Origin: Candidatus Spongiisociaceae bacterium
GTDB taxonomy: Bacteria > Actinomycetota > Acidimicrobiia > Spongiisociales > Spongiisociaceae
Direction of reading: 5' to 3'
DNA length: 64,000 nt
NCBI GenBank assembly: GCA_965262915.1
Contig: OZ253564.1
Coordinates: 4,480,001-4,544,000, forward strand
Part shown: one piece after another, positions 32,113-41,435 of the stretch
Numbering within the stretch: the stretch's first letter is position 1
How the letters are laid out: every line of letters starts with the position of its first letter
Made by a program: the position numbers and the translations under genes
Notes under the pieces: generated by a model
Databases searched by the model: none
What the model saw: the letters and a program-made list of their open reading frames with translations, nothing else
What the model was told of the DNA's origin: nothing

Positions 32113-32748
32113 ATGACGGTCACCCATGTCTTCACCGGCGGCGAACCGCTGTCGCCTCGGAGGATCCTCGAGTTGGGGAAGGCCGATCTGGTGATCGCGG
32201 CGGACTCGGGGGCCGAAGCCGCCGCGGCGGTCGGACTCGCTGTCGACGTTCTGGTCGGCGACCTCGATTCGATCACCCGCCAGACCCTCGATGCCATCCT
32301 CGACGAGGGAACGATGATCGAAGCCCACCATCCGGACAAGGACGCCACCGATCTGGAACTGGCCCTCGCAACGGCGCTTCGGCTGGGCGCGGACGAGATC
32401 GTGGTCGTCGGAGGCGGAGGCCGGCGATTCGATCACCTGCTCGGGAACGTAGCGGTGGTCACGAGCCGGGCCCTCGGCAAGGTTCAGGTCCGGTGGGTGA
32501 TGGAACGCGAGACCGCATACGTGGTCCGCGGCGGGCGAACCATCCCGGTGGCGGACGGCTCCACCTTCAGCGTGATTCCCGTCGGCGGGGACGCACACGG
32601 CGTCACGGTGACGGGATCGAAGTGGACGCTCGAGAACGCCACGATCGAAGCCGGATCGTCTCTGGGGATCAGCAACGTGGCCGCCGGGCCTGCCCTCGCC
32701 ATCGAAGTCCGCACCGGTACGTTGCTGGTGATCTGCTTGTCTGACTAG
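32113..32748 (+). CDS. thiN: Thiamine diphosphokinase
   Basis: IAADSG, VGDLDS, KDATDLELAL, GRRFDH, LGISN. Confidence 0.9.
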   Translation: MTVTHVFTGGEPLSPRRILELGKADLVIAADSGAEAAAAVGLAVDVLVGDLDSITRQTLDAILDEGTMIEAHHPDKDATDLELALATALRLGADEIVVVGGGGRRFDHLLGNVAVVTSRALGKVQVRWVMERETAYVVRGGRTIPVADGSTFSVIPVGGDAHGVTVTGSKWTLENATIEAGSSLGISNVAAGPALAIEVRTGTLLVICLSD

Positions 32749-32752
32749 CCGC

Positions 32753-32892
32753 GCCGGGTATCGGCGACGTGGCGGCCGACCTCTGGCATATCGCAACTGC
32801 CCTCTATGTCGCCCGACGAGCTTCGCAGATCGCCTTCCCGACCGGATAAGCGCCGGCGGGCCGTTGCCGCAGGACTCGGATTCAGGACCTGA
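32753..32892 (+). pseudogene. Frameshifted C-terminal remnant of a PIN-domain (VapC-like) protein
   Basis: Pieces read AGY / AADLWHIATALYVA..SQIAF / DKRRRAVAAGLGFRT*, matching PIN C-terminal motifs (D..H.A.AL; T.D.R...A..LG). Confidence 0.55.
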
Positions 32893-32954
32893 CTACCCGG
32901 GGGAGCCCCGACCGGTCGATCCTCACCGCCTGGGGGACGGCTTCTCACCCGGGG

Positions 32955-33932
32955 TCAGGCCCGGTACACCTCGGGGTTGGCGCAGTAGGGCATCCGTTCT
33001 CCGGTGAGGGCCGCGATGAGGTTCTCCGCGGCCCGCTCCGCCATGAGGATGCGGGTCCGGACGGTGGCGCTCCCGATATGGGGAACTATGAAGCAGTTGG
33101 GGAGGGACACGAGCGGGTGGTCCGGTGGCATCGGCTCCGGATCGGTGACATCGAGCCCGGCCGCGGCGATGGTCCCGTCGGACAGGGCCTCGACCAGCGC
33201 GCCCGTGTCGACCACCTGGCCGCGGGAGGCGTTCACCAGGGTGGCGGTGGGTCTCATAGCGCTCAGCGCCGCCCGATCGATCAGCCGGTGGGTACCGGGA
33301 TTGAGGCTGGTCAGCACCACGACATGGTCGGACTCCGCCAGGAGGGCCTCGAAGGAACGGAACTCCACACCGAACCGCGCCTCGGCGGCGCGGTCACGGG
33401 ACCGCTTGCTGTACAGCACCCGCATCCGGAAACCGGCGGCGCGGCGGGCGACCGCCCGGCCGATCCTGCCCAGCCCCACGATGCCGAGCGTGGAACCATG
33501 CAGGTCCCGGCCTACGAGGGCGACCGGGTCCCACTCCCCCCAGCGGCCCTCCACGACATCCTCCATCCCCTCCCTGAACCGCCGGGCGGCCGCTATGAGC
33601 AGCCCGAAGGCGGTGTCGGCGGTGGTCTCGGTCAGGACATCGGGCGTGTGACCCACCGGGATTCCCCTCGCGGTGCAGGTCGCCAGGTCGACATTGTCGA
33701 CCCCCACCGCCATCTGGCTGATCGCACTCAACCGGGGGGCGGCTTCCAGCAGGGCAGCATCGATGCCGTCGGTGAGCATGCAGTAGAGCCCCTCGGCGTC
33801 GCCCACCCGGCCCAGCAACTCGATCCTCGGAATAGCCCGGTTCTCCGGCCACATCCACACGTCAGCCACCTCCCGTAGCATCTCGACGATGGCACCGGGG
33901 GGCTTGCGCGTTACAACAACCGGCGGTGGCAT
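32955..33932 (-). CDS. D-isomer-specific 2-hydroxyacid dehydrogenase (glyoxylate reductase-like)
   Basis: VGVDNVD, GLGRIG, NASRG, GLDVTDPEP, PHIGSAT. Confidence 0.92.
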   Translation of the reverse strand: MPPPVVVTRKPPGAIVEMLREVADVWMWPENRAIPRIELLGRVGDAEGLYCMLTDGIDAALLEAAPRLSAISQMAVGVDNVDLATCTARGIPVGHTPDVLTETTADTAFGLLIAAARRFREGMEDVVEGRWGEWDPVALVGRDLHGSTLGIVGLGRIGRAVARRAAGFRMRVLYSKRSRDRAAEARFGVEFRSFEALLAESDHVVVLTSLNPGTHRLIDRAALSAMRPTATLVNASRGQVVDTGALVEALSDGTIAAAGLDVTDPEPMPPDHPLVSLPNCFIVPHIGSATVRTRILMAERAAENLIAALTGERMPYCANPEVYRA

Positions 33933-34022
33933 GTCCCTCTCCGGATCGAGTGGAGCAACCAATCTAACCGCCGTCGCCGTCCCAACCACCGGCAGGCGAT
34001 CCCGGCGCGGAACGGGAAGTGA

Positions 34023-35870
34023 TCAGTCCTCGTACAGTTCCTCGATCTCGACCGAGTACCGCTGCAACACCACCCGGCGCTTCATCTTGAGCGACGGGGT
34101 CAGCTCCCCGGTCTCGGGAGACCAGGCATCGGGAGCTACGAACCACTTCCTGGCCTGCTCGACCCGTGCGACCTCGCCGTTGGCCGAATCCACGATCCGC
34201 CGGACCTCCTCGAGAACCTGCGGAGCACGGCTGAAATCCTCGAAGGTGTCGTATTCCACCCCCTTGCTTTCCGCCCATCCGGACGCCATGTCGGGATCGA
34301 GAGCCACCAGCAGCGTCAGGTAGCGGCGGCCGTCACCCACTAGGCAGGCCTGGGAGACCAGGGCATGCTTGTTGATCAGGTTCTCCAACCTGGCAGGGGC
34401 CACGTTCTTGCCTCCCGCAGTGATGATGATCTCCTTCTTGCGACCGATGATGGTCAGGAACCCGTCGTCGTCCAGGCGTCCGAGGTCGCCGGTGTGCAAC
34501 CATCCGTCGTCGCCGAACGCCTCGGCGGTTCCCTGCTGGTCCTTGTAGTACCCCCCGGTGACCAGCCCCCCGCGGATGAGGATCTCGCCGTCGTCGGCCG
34601 TGGCGATCTCCACCCCCGGCATGGCGCAGCCGACACTACCGATGCGGTCGAGGCCGGGACGGTTGGAGGTGCCCGGACCCGACGACTCGGTCATCCCGTA
34701 GAGCTCGTAGACCGGAATACCGACGCCGCGAAAGAACATCAGCAGGTCGGCCGAGATCGGCGCGGCGGCCGAGATGGCGAGCTTCAACTCGTCCAGACCC
34801 AGACCGGCGCGGATCTTGGAGAAGACCAGATGGTCGAACAGACCGAGCTTGGTCCGGTCGCCCAGCCCCGGCCGACCTCCCGCCTGCTGGATCTTCTGCG
34901 CCTGCGACGCCAACGCCACGGCCCCGAGAGCCAGGGCCCGCTTCCGAGCGTTGGGGTTTTCCTCCAGTTTGGCCATCAGGCCCGCGTGGAACTTCTCCCA
35001 TACGCGAGGCACTGCGAAGAAGACCTCCGGCCGGGTCTCCTGAACGGCCGCCGCCACCTGCGAGATCTCCGGTACGTAGCGAACCGGACCGGCATACCAC
35101 AGACCCGAGTAGTGGCTAGCCATGCGCTCGCCGATGTGGGCCAGGGGCAGGTAGGAGATCAGGCGCACGTGTTCGGGGATGTCGAACGTGCGGGAGATGC
35201 ACTCCAGCGTCCACAGGGCGTTGCGATGGCTGATCATCACCGCTTTGGGCGTACCCGTGGTACCGGATGTGTATATCAGCGTGGCGAGATCGGTCTGGGA
35301 CACCGCGGCCGAGGTTCGATCGACCAGATCGGCCTCCTCTTCGAGCGCTGCCTTGCCCCTGGCGACGAGATCGTCCCAGGAGAGCACGTCCTCGCCTCGC
35401 CGCTCGTCGGGTAGATCCACCACGACCATGTACCGGAGACCGGGAAGGTCTGCTCGGATCTCGTTCCAGCGGTCGAGGTATCCGGTGTCCTCAACCAATG
35501 CGACCCCGGCCGAGCAGTGGTCGGCTATGTAGCGGATCTGCGGTGCGGCCAGCGTGTTGTAGAACGACACGGGCACCGCCCCGGCATACACCGCGCCCAG
35601 GTCGGCGATAACGTGCTCGGGCCGGTTGCCCGCCATGATGGCTACGAAGTCACCCCCCTCGATCCCCAGGGACCGCAGACCGGCGGCCACCTCCCTGACC
35701 CTCTGCCGGTAGGAGGCCCAACTCAGCGTGCGGAGCCCGTCCTCGGCCGCCCACCGGACAGCCGGCAGCGTCGCGAACCGGTCGGCGTTGCGGTCCAATA
35801 CATCCACCAGCGTCATATCGCCGATCGTCCCCGTGATTTCGAGGCGTTCCCGTTCGATGTCCCTAAGCAT
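34023..35870 (-). CDS. Long-chain fatty acid-CoA ligase (AMP-dependent synthetase)
   Basis: YTSGTTGTPK, YGMTE, GWLHTGD, GRKKE, TPSLK. Confidence 0.92.
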   Translation of the reverse strand: MLRDIERERLEITGTIGDMTLVDVLDRNADRFATLPAVRWAAEDGLRTLSWASYRQRVREVAAGLRSLGIEGGDFVAIMAGNRPEHVIADLGAVYAGAVPVSFYNTLAAPQIRYIADHCSAGVALVEDTGYLDRWNEIRADLPGLRYMVVVDLPDERRGEDVLSWDDLVARGKAALEEEADLVDRTSAAVSQTDLATLIYTSGTTGTPKAVMISHRNALWTLECISRTFDIPEHVRLISYLPLAHIGERMASHYSGLWYAGPVRYVPEISQVAAAVQETRPEVFFAVPRVWEKFHAGLMAKLEENPNARKRALALGAVALASQAQKIQQAGGRPGLGDRTKLGLFDHLVFSKIRAGLGLDELKLAISAAAPISADLLMFFRGVGIPVYELYGMTESSGPGTSNRPGLDRIGSVGCAMPGVEIATADDGEILIRGGLVTGGYYKDQQGTAEAFGDDGWLHTGDLGRLDDDGFLTIIGRKKEIIITAGGKNVAPARLENLINKHALVSQACLVGDGRRYLTLLVALDPDMASGWAESKGVEYDTFEDFSRAPQVLEEVRRIVDSANGEVARVEQARKWFVAPDAWSPETGELTPSLKMKRRVVLQRYSVEIEELYED

Positions 35871-36049
35871 TTGCTGACTCCTCGATGATTAACTCGGCCG
35901 ACACGAGCTTACCGGCCTGAGCAGGCATTTCGGGTAAACAACGGGCTTAGATCTCCGGAGGGGACCGTGGGTGAGGTCGACCCGGTGCGTGGACCGGCCG
36001 TCGCGCTTGCACCAAACGGTCGCTCTTCTCCGGTCGAAGAGAAGGGTGA

Positions 36050-36176
36050 TCAGACGGAGTACAGGCTATCGATATCGAGCGATGGCATCTCCAGCATTAC
36101 GGCGCGCTTTGCCCTGAAGGTATGGCCCAAATTCCCCGGTGGCCGGGGACCAGGGATGCGGGACCGTATACCACCT
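36050..36176 (-). pseudogene. Frameshifted fragment of an acyl-CoA ligase C-terminus (third copy)
   Basis: RWYTVPHPWSPATGE / LGHTFRAKRAVMLEMPSLDIDSLYSV* parallels KWYVVPEPWSPATGAAAHTFRVRRDVVVERYSAEIDGMYAG*. Confidence 0.75.
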
Positions 36177-36202
36177 ACCAACCCGATGCGTCGTACGTCT
36201 GA

Positions 36203-38071
36203 TCAGCCGGCGTACATCCCGTCTATCTCGGCGGAATACCGCTCCACCACCACGTCACGCCTCACCCTGAACGTATGTGCCGCTGCCCCGGTCGCGGGAG
36301 ACCAGGGCTCTGGGACGACGTACCATTTCCGGGCCCGCTCGACCGGTGGGACCTGACTGTTGGCCGACTCCACTATCCGCCCCACCTCTTCGAGAACCCG
36401 CGGCGCTCGGCTCAACTCCTCGAAGTGGTCGTATTCCACCCCACGCCTATCGGCCCATCCGGGCACCAGATCAGCATCGATGGATACCAGCAGTGTCAGG
36501 TAGCTGCGTCCTTGACCCACCAAGCAGGCCTGAGCGATCGGCGTATGCCAGTTGATCAGAGTCTCCAGCCTGAGTGGCGCCACGCGCCGACCGGAGGTCG
36601 TGGTGATGATCTCCTCCTTCCGACCGAGGAAGGTGAGGAACCCGTCATCGTCGATACGCCCCAGGTCCCCGGTATGGAGCCATCCGTCCCGGTCGTGGGT
36701 CCTGGAGGTTCTCTCCTGGTCCCGGTAGTACCCCTTGGTCACGATCCCGCCCCGCATGAGGATCTCACCGTCGTCGGCCGTGGCGATCTCGACTCCGGGC
36801 AACGGTCGACCGACGGTACCCAAACGGTTCGCGCCAGGCAGGTTGGTACATCCGGTCGCCGACGCCTCGGCCAGACCGTACAGTTCGTACACCGGGAGGC
36901 CGATCGCCCAGAAGAAGATGATCATGTCACGGGAGATCGGGGCGCCGGCCGAGATACCCACCTCGAGTTCATCCAGCCCGAGACCGTCACGGACCTTCGA
37001 GAAGACCATACGGTCGAAGACACGGAGCTTGATCCTGTCGAACAGACCGGTTCGACCTCCCGCATGCTCGGTCTGTTGCGCTTCCACAGCCAATTCGAAA
37101 GCTCTCAACCCCAAGGCACGCTTTCGCTCGTTCGGCTCCCCCTCCAGAGTGGCCATCAAGCCCGCATGGAAGAGTTCCCATACACGGGGAGGTGCGAAGA
37201 AGGCCGTTGGGCGGGCGCTCCGGATCGCCTCGACGACCTTCAAAGGATCGGACACACAGCGGATGGAACCGGCCGTGCACAGTGAATCGTAATGATTGGC
37301 CATCCGCTCACCGAGGTGGCCGAGGGGCAGGTACGAGATGAGCTTCAGATGCGCCGCGACTTCCGGCCATGCCCGTTTGCTGCTCTCGACCAGCCATATG
37401 GCATTCCGGTGAGTCGCCATCACCGCTTCGGGAGGACCGGAGGTCCCGGGCGTATACGACACGGTGAGTATGTCGTCCTGGACCACCTCGGAGGAGGATC
37501 GGTCCACCAGTTCAGGATCCTCCTCGAGCTCCGCCTTACCCTTCGCCAACAACTCATCCCATGACATCACTCCCCCGCTATCGCTGCCCTTCGGGAGATC
37601 CATCACCACGATGTACCGTAGTTCCGGTAGTTCTCCCCGAATCCCGTTCCAACGGCCGAGATGTTCCTCGTTCTCCACCACTGCCAGTTCTGCTTCACAG
37701 TGGGCCGCCATCTCGCGGATCTCCGGGGGGGTCAGGGTCTCGAAGAAGGATACGGGGAACGCCCCTGCGTACACGGCACCGAGGTCTGCGATGAGATGCT
37801 CGGCCCGGTTGCACGCCATGAGCGCCACGAAGGCTCCCCCCTCGATACCTAGAGAGAGAAATCCGGCGGCCACCTCGGTAACCTTTTCTCTGTACGCCGC
37901 CCACGTAATGGTCGCCAGACCCTGGGGGGTCAACCATTGAATCGCCGGGAGATTCCCGAAGCGGGTCGCGTTGTAGTCCAGCAGGTCCACCATGGTCGTG
38001 TCGCCGACCGCCTCGTCGATCTCGAGACGTTCCCGTTCAATGCCCCGCTGATACCTAGGCCTGAACACCAC
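36203..38071 (-). CDS. Acyl-CoA ligase paralog with degenerate active-site motifs
   Basis: Collinear with 34023-35870 but YTPGTSGPPEA replaces YTSGTTGTPKA and HTFRVRR replaces PSLKMKR. Start set by alignment to the paralog. Confidence 0.8.
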   Translation of the reverse strand: MVFRPRYQRGIERERLEIDEAVGDTTMVDLLDYNATRFGNLPAIQWLTPQGLATITWAAYREKVTEVAAGFLSLGIEGGAFVALMACNRAEHLIADLGAVYAGAFPVSFFETLTPPEIREMAAHCEAELAVVENEEHLGRWNGIRGELPELRYIVVMDLPKGSDSGGVMSWDELLAKGKAELEEDPELVDRSSSEVVQDDILTVSYTPGTSGPPEAVMATHRNAIWLVESSKRAWPEVAAHLKLISYLPLGHLGERMANHYDSLCTAGSIRCVSDPLKVVEAIRSARPTAFFAPPRVWELFHAGLMATLEGEPNERKRALGLRAFELAVEAQQTEHAGGRTGLFDRIKLRVFDRMVFSKVRDGLGLDELEVGISAGAPISRDMIIFFWAIGLPVYELYGLAEASATGCTNLPGANRLGTVGRPLPGVEIATADDGEILMRGGIVTKGYYRDQERTSRTHDRDGWLHTGDLGRIDDDGFLTFLGRKEEIITTTSGRRVAPLRLETLINWHTPIAQACLVGQGRSYLTLLVSIDADLVPGWADRRGVEYDHFEELSRAPRVLEEVGRIVESANSQVPPVERARKWYVVPEPWSPATGAAAHTFRVRRDVVVERYSAEIDGMYAG

Positions 38072-38321
38072 CGCGCCGTCTACTCCCGAATGGAGCCGTT
38101 TTCCATCCACCCAGAAGGTTAACCGATAGCCCGAACCCGACCCTCGCACGCACCGGGTGGACCCTGCAACCGGAGTTCCCGCTCCTCGGGTGCGGGCCCG
38201 GTCCGGGAGCCGCTCCCGGACCATGTACGGCCGCGGTATTGTCCGGTTACGTGCTGCCGGCGCCCCGGTCCACCGTCCGGACGACCGGCTGCCCCAGTTC
38301 GGCAACCGAACCCGAGGTGTC

Positions 38322-38876
38322 ATGGAACAGGTCTCGTTCACCCGCATGGAAGACGGCACCAGAGAGGAATACGAGTTCCTCGCCCGACTCGAAGGCGATC
38401 TCCACACCGACTACGCCGACCGCCTGCTCGAGTGGGTCCGCTGGAACGATGGAAAAACCGGCTACCGGGTCAGCCGATTCGAGCACTCCCTGCAGTCCGC
38501 CAGCCGTGCCCACCGGGACGGGCGGGATGAGGAGTACGTGGTGTGCTGCCTGCTGCACGATATCGGCGACCTCATCGCCCCCTACAACCACAGCCAGGTA
38601 GCGGCGGACATCCTGCGTCCCTACATCTCGGAGAAGAACTACTGGATCATGCGCCACCACGGCTTGTTCCAGGGCTACTACTACTTCCACCACTTCGGTC
38701 AGGATCGCAACGCCAGGGACATGTACAAGGGCCATCCCTGGTACGAGGACACCATCGAGTTCTGCACCAAATACGATCAGAACTGCTTCGACCCGGAGTA
38801 CGAGTCGCTGCCGCTGGAGTTCTTCGAACCGATGGTCCGCCGGGTAATCACCACGCGCCGGCACCATACGCCGTAG
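38322..38876 (+). CDS. HD-domain metalloprotein (PhnZ/TmpB-like)
   Basis: EHSLQSA, LLHDIG, NH, HH, YDQ; GAGG RBS. Confidence 0.82.
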   Translation: MEQVSFTRMEDGTREEYEFLARLEGDLHTDYADRLLEWVRWNDGKTGYRVSRFEHSLQSASRAHRDGRDEEYVVCCLLHDIGDLIAPYNHSQVAADILRPYISEKNYWIMRHHGLFQGYYYFHHFGQDRNARDMYKGHPWYEDTIEFCTKYDQNCFDPEYESLPLEFFEPMVRRVITTRRHHTP

Positions 38877-38978
38877 GAGAATGCTCAAAAACGGGTATTT
38901 GGTTGGCCCGTCGTCCGCTGACGTGGCATTTTGTCATCGACCGTCGGCCCAACGGGGGGTTTCTCAGCACTCTCCTAA
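38873..38978. mobile_element. Family A miniature inverted-repeat element at the HD gene stop
   Basis: gagaatgctcaaaaac ... gtttctcagcactctc, flanked by GTAG/CTAA. Confidence 0.88.
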
Positions 38979-39061
38979 TGGGGGTCCACCACTTCTGCTG
39001 GCTTGTCTAGGAGGGTGCTGAAGGGCGGCCCGGCATACGCCGCCATCCGACGGGCAGACGG

Positions 39062-39805
39062 TTAGCCGACCCCCAACGAGACCCCGGCCGCCGCATCGGC
39101 GACCACCGACGCTATGGCTTGGGGGTCGGAATCGCCGGGAAACCGGTACGACGGACCGTGAACATGGATAGCCGCCATCACGCGCCGGTGATCGTCGTAA
39201 ACGGGGGAGGCGACCGAAGTGATGCCCTCGGCAAATTCCTCGATCACCCATGCGGACCCTTCGTCCCGAATCCTGGTCAGGCGTTCACGGACCAGCCCGG
39301 GATCGGTGACGGTATGCCGGGTGTACGGGTCGAGACCTCCCTCTATGTAGCTGTCCAGCTGGTCCGGGGACCAGTGGGCCAGCATCACGAGGCCCGCCGG
39401 AACCACATGCATGGGGAGGAGGGTGCCCGTCCAATCACGAACCTGGATGTTGTTCTGCGCATCCTCCTGAGCGATGTAGTGGACCTGTTTCCCGTCGGGT
39501 ACCGAAAGCCCGGCGTCCTCTCTCAGCTCGCGGGCCAGCATCTTGAGGTGTGGTCGAGACCTGGACAGCAGATCGGCAACCCTGCTGCGTCCGGCCGCCA
39601 AGCCGTACACGGTGGGACCGATCCGGTACGTGGCATCCGGCGAGACCCTCTCCACCGCTCCCACATCCAGCAGCGTGTTGACGATCCGGGCCACCGTGCT
39701 CTTGGGCATATCGACCCGAGAGGCGAGTTCGGTGATACCCAGTTCCGAGGCCGAGATCGCATCGAGTAGCGCGAATGCTCGCTGGATCGACTGCACCCTG
39801 CCCAT
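39062..39805 (-). CDS. IclR family transcriptional regulator
   Basis: VQSIQRAFALL, PKSTVARIV HTH, EEFAEGITSVASPV. Confidence 0.92.
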   Translation of the reverse strand: MGRVQSIQRAFALLDAISASELGITELASRVDMPKSTVARIVNTLLDVGAVERVSPDATYRIGPTVYGLAAGRSRVADLLSRSRPHLKMLARELREDAGLSVPDGKQVHYIAQEDAQNNIQVRDWTGTLLPMHVVPAGLVMLAHWSPDQLDSYIEGGLDPYTRHTVTDPGLVRERLTRIRDEGSAWVIEEFAEGITSVASPVYDDHRRVMAAIHVHGPSYRFPGDSDPQAIASVVADAAAGVSLGVG

Positions 39806-39962
39806 GAGCCTCTCCCGATGGTCCTGCGGCCTCTGAACGTACCACGTCGTGGAACGGAACAGACGAGCGACGCCCTGCGTCCCTCAGGAGAACTCGGACC
39901 GGGCCTCGGTCCGTATCATCACCGGACGGTTGGTAACCTCATTCCGGAAAAGGAGACGCCTC

Positions 39963-40685
39963 TTGTCCACACCTCACATCTCCGCCCCCGAAGGGGCTTT
40001 CGCAGGGTCCATCCTCCTGCCGGGCGACCCCCTGCGGGCCCGCTACATCGCTGAGACCTTCCTCGACGACGCTGTCGTCGTTACATCGGTCCGGAACATG
40101 CTCGGGTTCACCGGTTCGTACCGGGGAATGCCCGTCTCGACGATGGGCACCGGTATGGGCGTGCCGTCGGCGGCGATCTATGTCACCGAACTTATCCGCT
40201 TCTACGGGGTCAGGCGCTTGGTCCGTGTGGGATCCTGCGGCGGGATCTCCCCGGATGTCAAGATGCGGGAAGCGATCCTGGCCATCGGGGCCGCTACGGA
40301 CTCGGCCACCAACCGCACCCGGTACAACGGGTGGGACTACGCCCCCACGGCCAACTTCGATCTGCTCCGGGCGGCCGCCGACGCGGCCGCCACACTGGGC
40401 ATCAAGACCCATGTCGGCAACCTCCACACCTCAGACCTCTTCTACAACACCTACCAGAACTCCCTCGAGATCTGGCAGAGAATGGGGATCCTGGCCGTGG
40501 AGATGGAGACGGCCGGCCTGTACGCCATCGCGGCCGAGGAGCGCGCCCAGGCATTGAGCATCGTCACGGTGTCGGATCACCTGGTCACCGGCGAGGTGAC
40601 CTCCTCCGACGAACGCGAGCGCACCTTCGATGGCATGGTCAGGATCGCCCTTGACGCGCTCCACGCAGCCGCCGGGCCGACGTAG
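39963..40685 (+). CDS. deoD: Purine nucleoside phosphorylase (DeoD type)
   Basis: TPHI, LPGDPLRA, GMGVPS, RVGSCG, VEME, TVSDH; AGGAG RBS before TTG. Confidence 0.95.
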   Translation: MSTPHISAPEGAFAGSILLPGDPLRARYIAETFLDDAVVVTSVRNMLGFTGSYRGMPVSTMGTGMGVPSAAIYVTELIRFYGVRRLVRVGSCGGISPDVKMREAILAIGAATDSATNRTRYNGWDYAPTANFDLLRAAADAAATLGIKTHVGNLHTSDLFYNTYQNSLEIWQRMGILAVEMETAGLYAIAAEERAQALSIVTVSDHLVTGEVTSSDERERTFDGMVRIALDALHAAAGPT

Positions 40686-40843
40686 CGCCGAGTCCCCCGA
40701 CCATCGCCGCAACAGCGGTCCCCGTTGTCGTCGGGCCCCGTGTGCACACCTCGGATGCGAAGCTCCGTGATGGACGGTGGCGGGATCCTCGGAGGAAGGG
40801 CACCGCCCGCGCCATGTGAGGCGAGATCAAGTTTGTCGAGGTT

Positions 40844-40949
40844 CGAGGAGAATGCCGAAAAACGGGGTATTGGTTGGCCCGTCGTCCGCTGACGTGGCAT
40901 TTTGTCATCGACCGTCAGGCCGACGGGGGGTTTCTCAGCACTCTCCTAG
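40844..40949. mobile_element. Family A miniature inverted-repeat element
   Basis: gagaatgccgaaaaac ... gtttctcagcactctc; nearly identical to 38873-38978. Confidence 0.88.
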
Positions 40950-40954
40950 GGCCG

Positions 40955-41407
40955 TCACGACCCCCAACGCAGCACCATCACGAGGGTGGCGAAGGCCAGC
41001 AGCACGGTGTCGACCCATCCGACCAGGCTCGAGCGGCGGGCCATGGTCTCGGCCAGGGGTCGATCACCCTGCTCGTAGGCCGATGCGATACGCTTGCCGT
41101 TGGGTCCCAGTACGCTCATCGCCAACACGGCGCCAACCACCACGACGATGATGCCCACCACGACGAACGGCGCAGTCATCCCGTAGGCGCCTTCCGACAG
41201 CCCGACCAGGCCGAAACCGCTGACGAATACCACGATGGCGGCGGGCGTATGGATTACCCGCCCCATGGAGACCGTGGCCCGGTGCCAGGTTGCGGCAGTA
41301 GCGTCGTCGCCTCGCGACATGGGGCCGCGACCGAAAGCGCGGGCCAGATTGGCGCCGAACCATGCAGCCACGCCCAGGATGTGGGCGAACAGCAAAACCT
41401 CGAACAT
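40955..41407 (-). CDS. Four-helix integral membrane protein (DUF2269-like)
   Basis: LFAHILGVAAWFG N-terminus, four hydrophobic segments, ends LVMVLRWGS. Confidence 0.7.
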   Translation of the reverse strand: MFEVLLFAHILGVAAWFGANLARAFGRGPMSRGDDATAATWHRATVSMGRVIHTPAAIVVFVSGFGLVGLSEGAYGMTAPFVVVGIIVVVVGAVLAMSVLGPNGKRIASAYEQGDRPLAETMARRSSLVGWVDTVLLAFATLVMVLRWGS

Positions 41408-41435
41408 CGAAATCCTTCCACTTGGCGGGGCCAGG

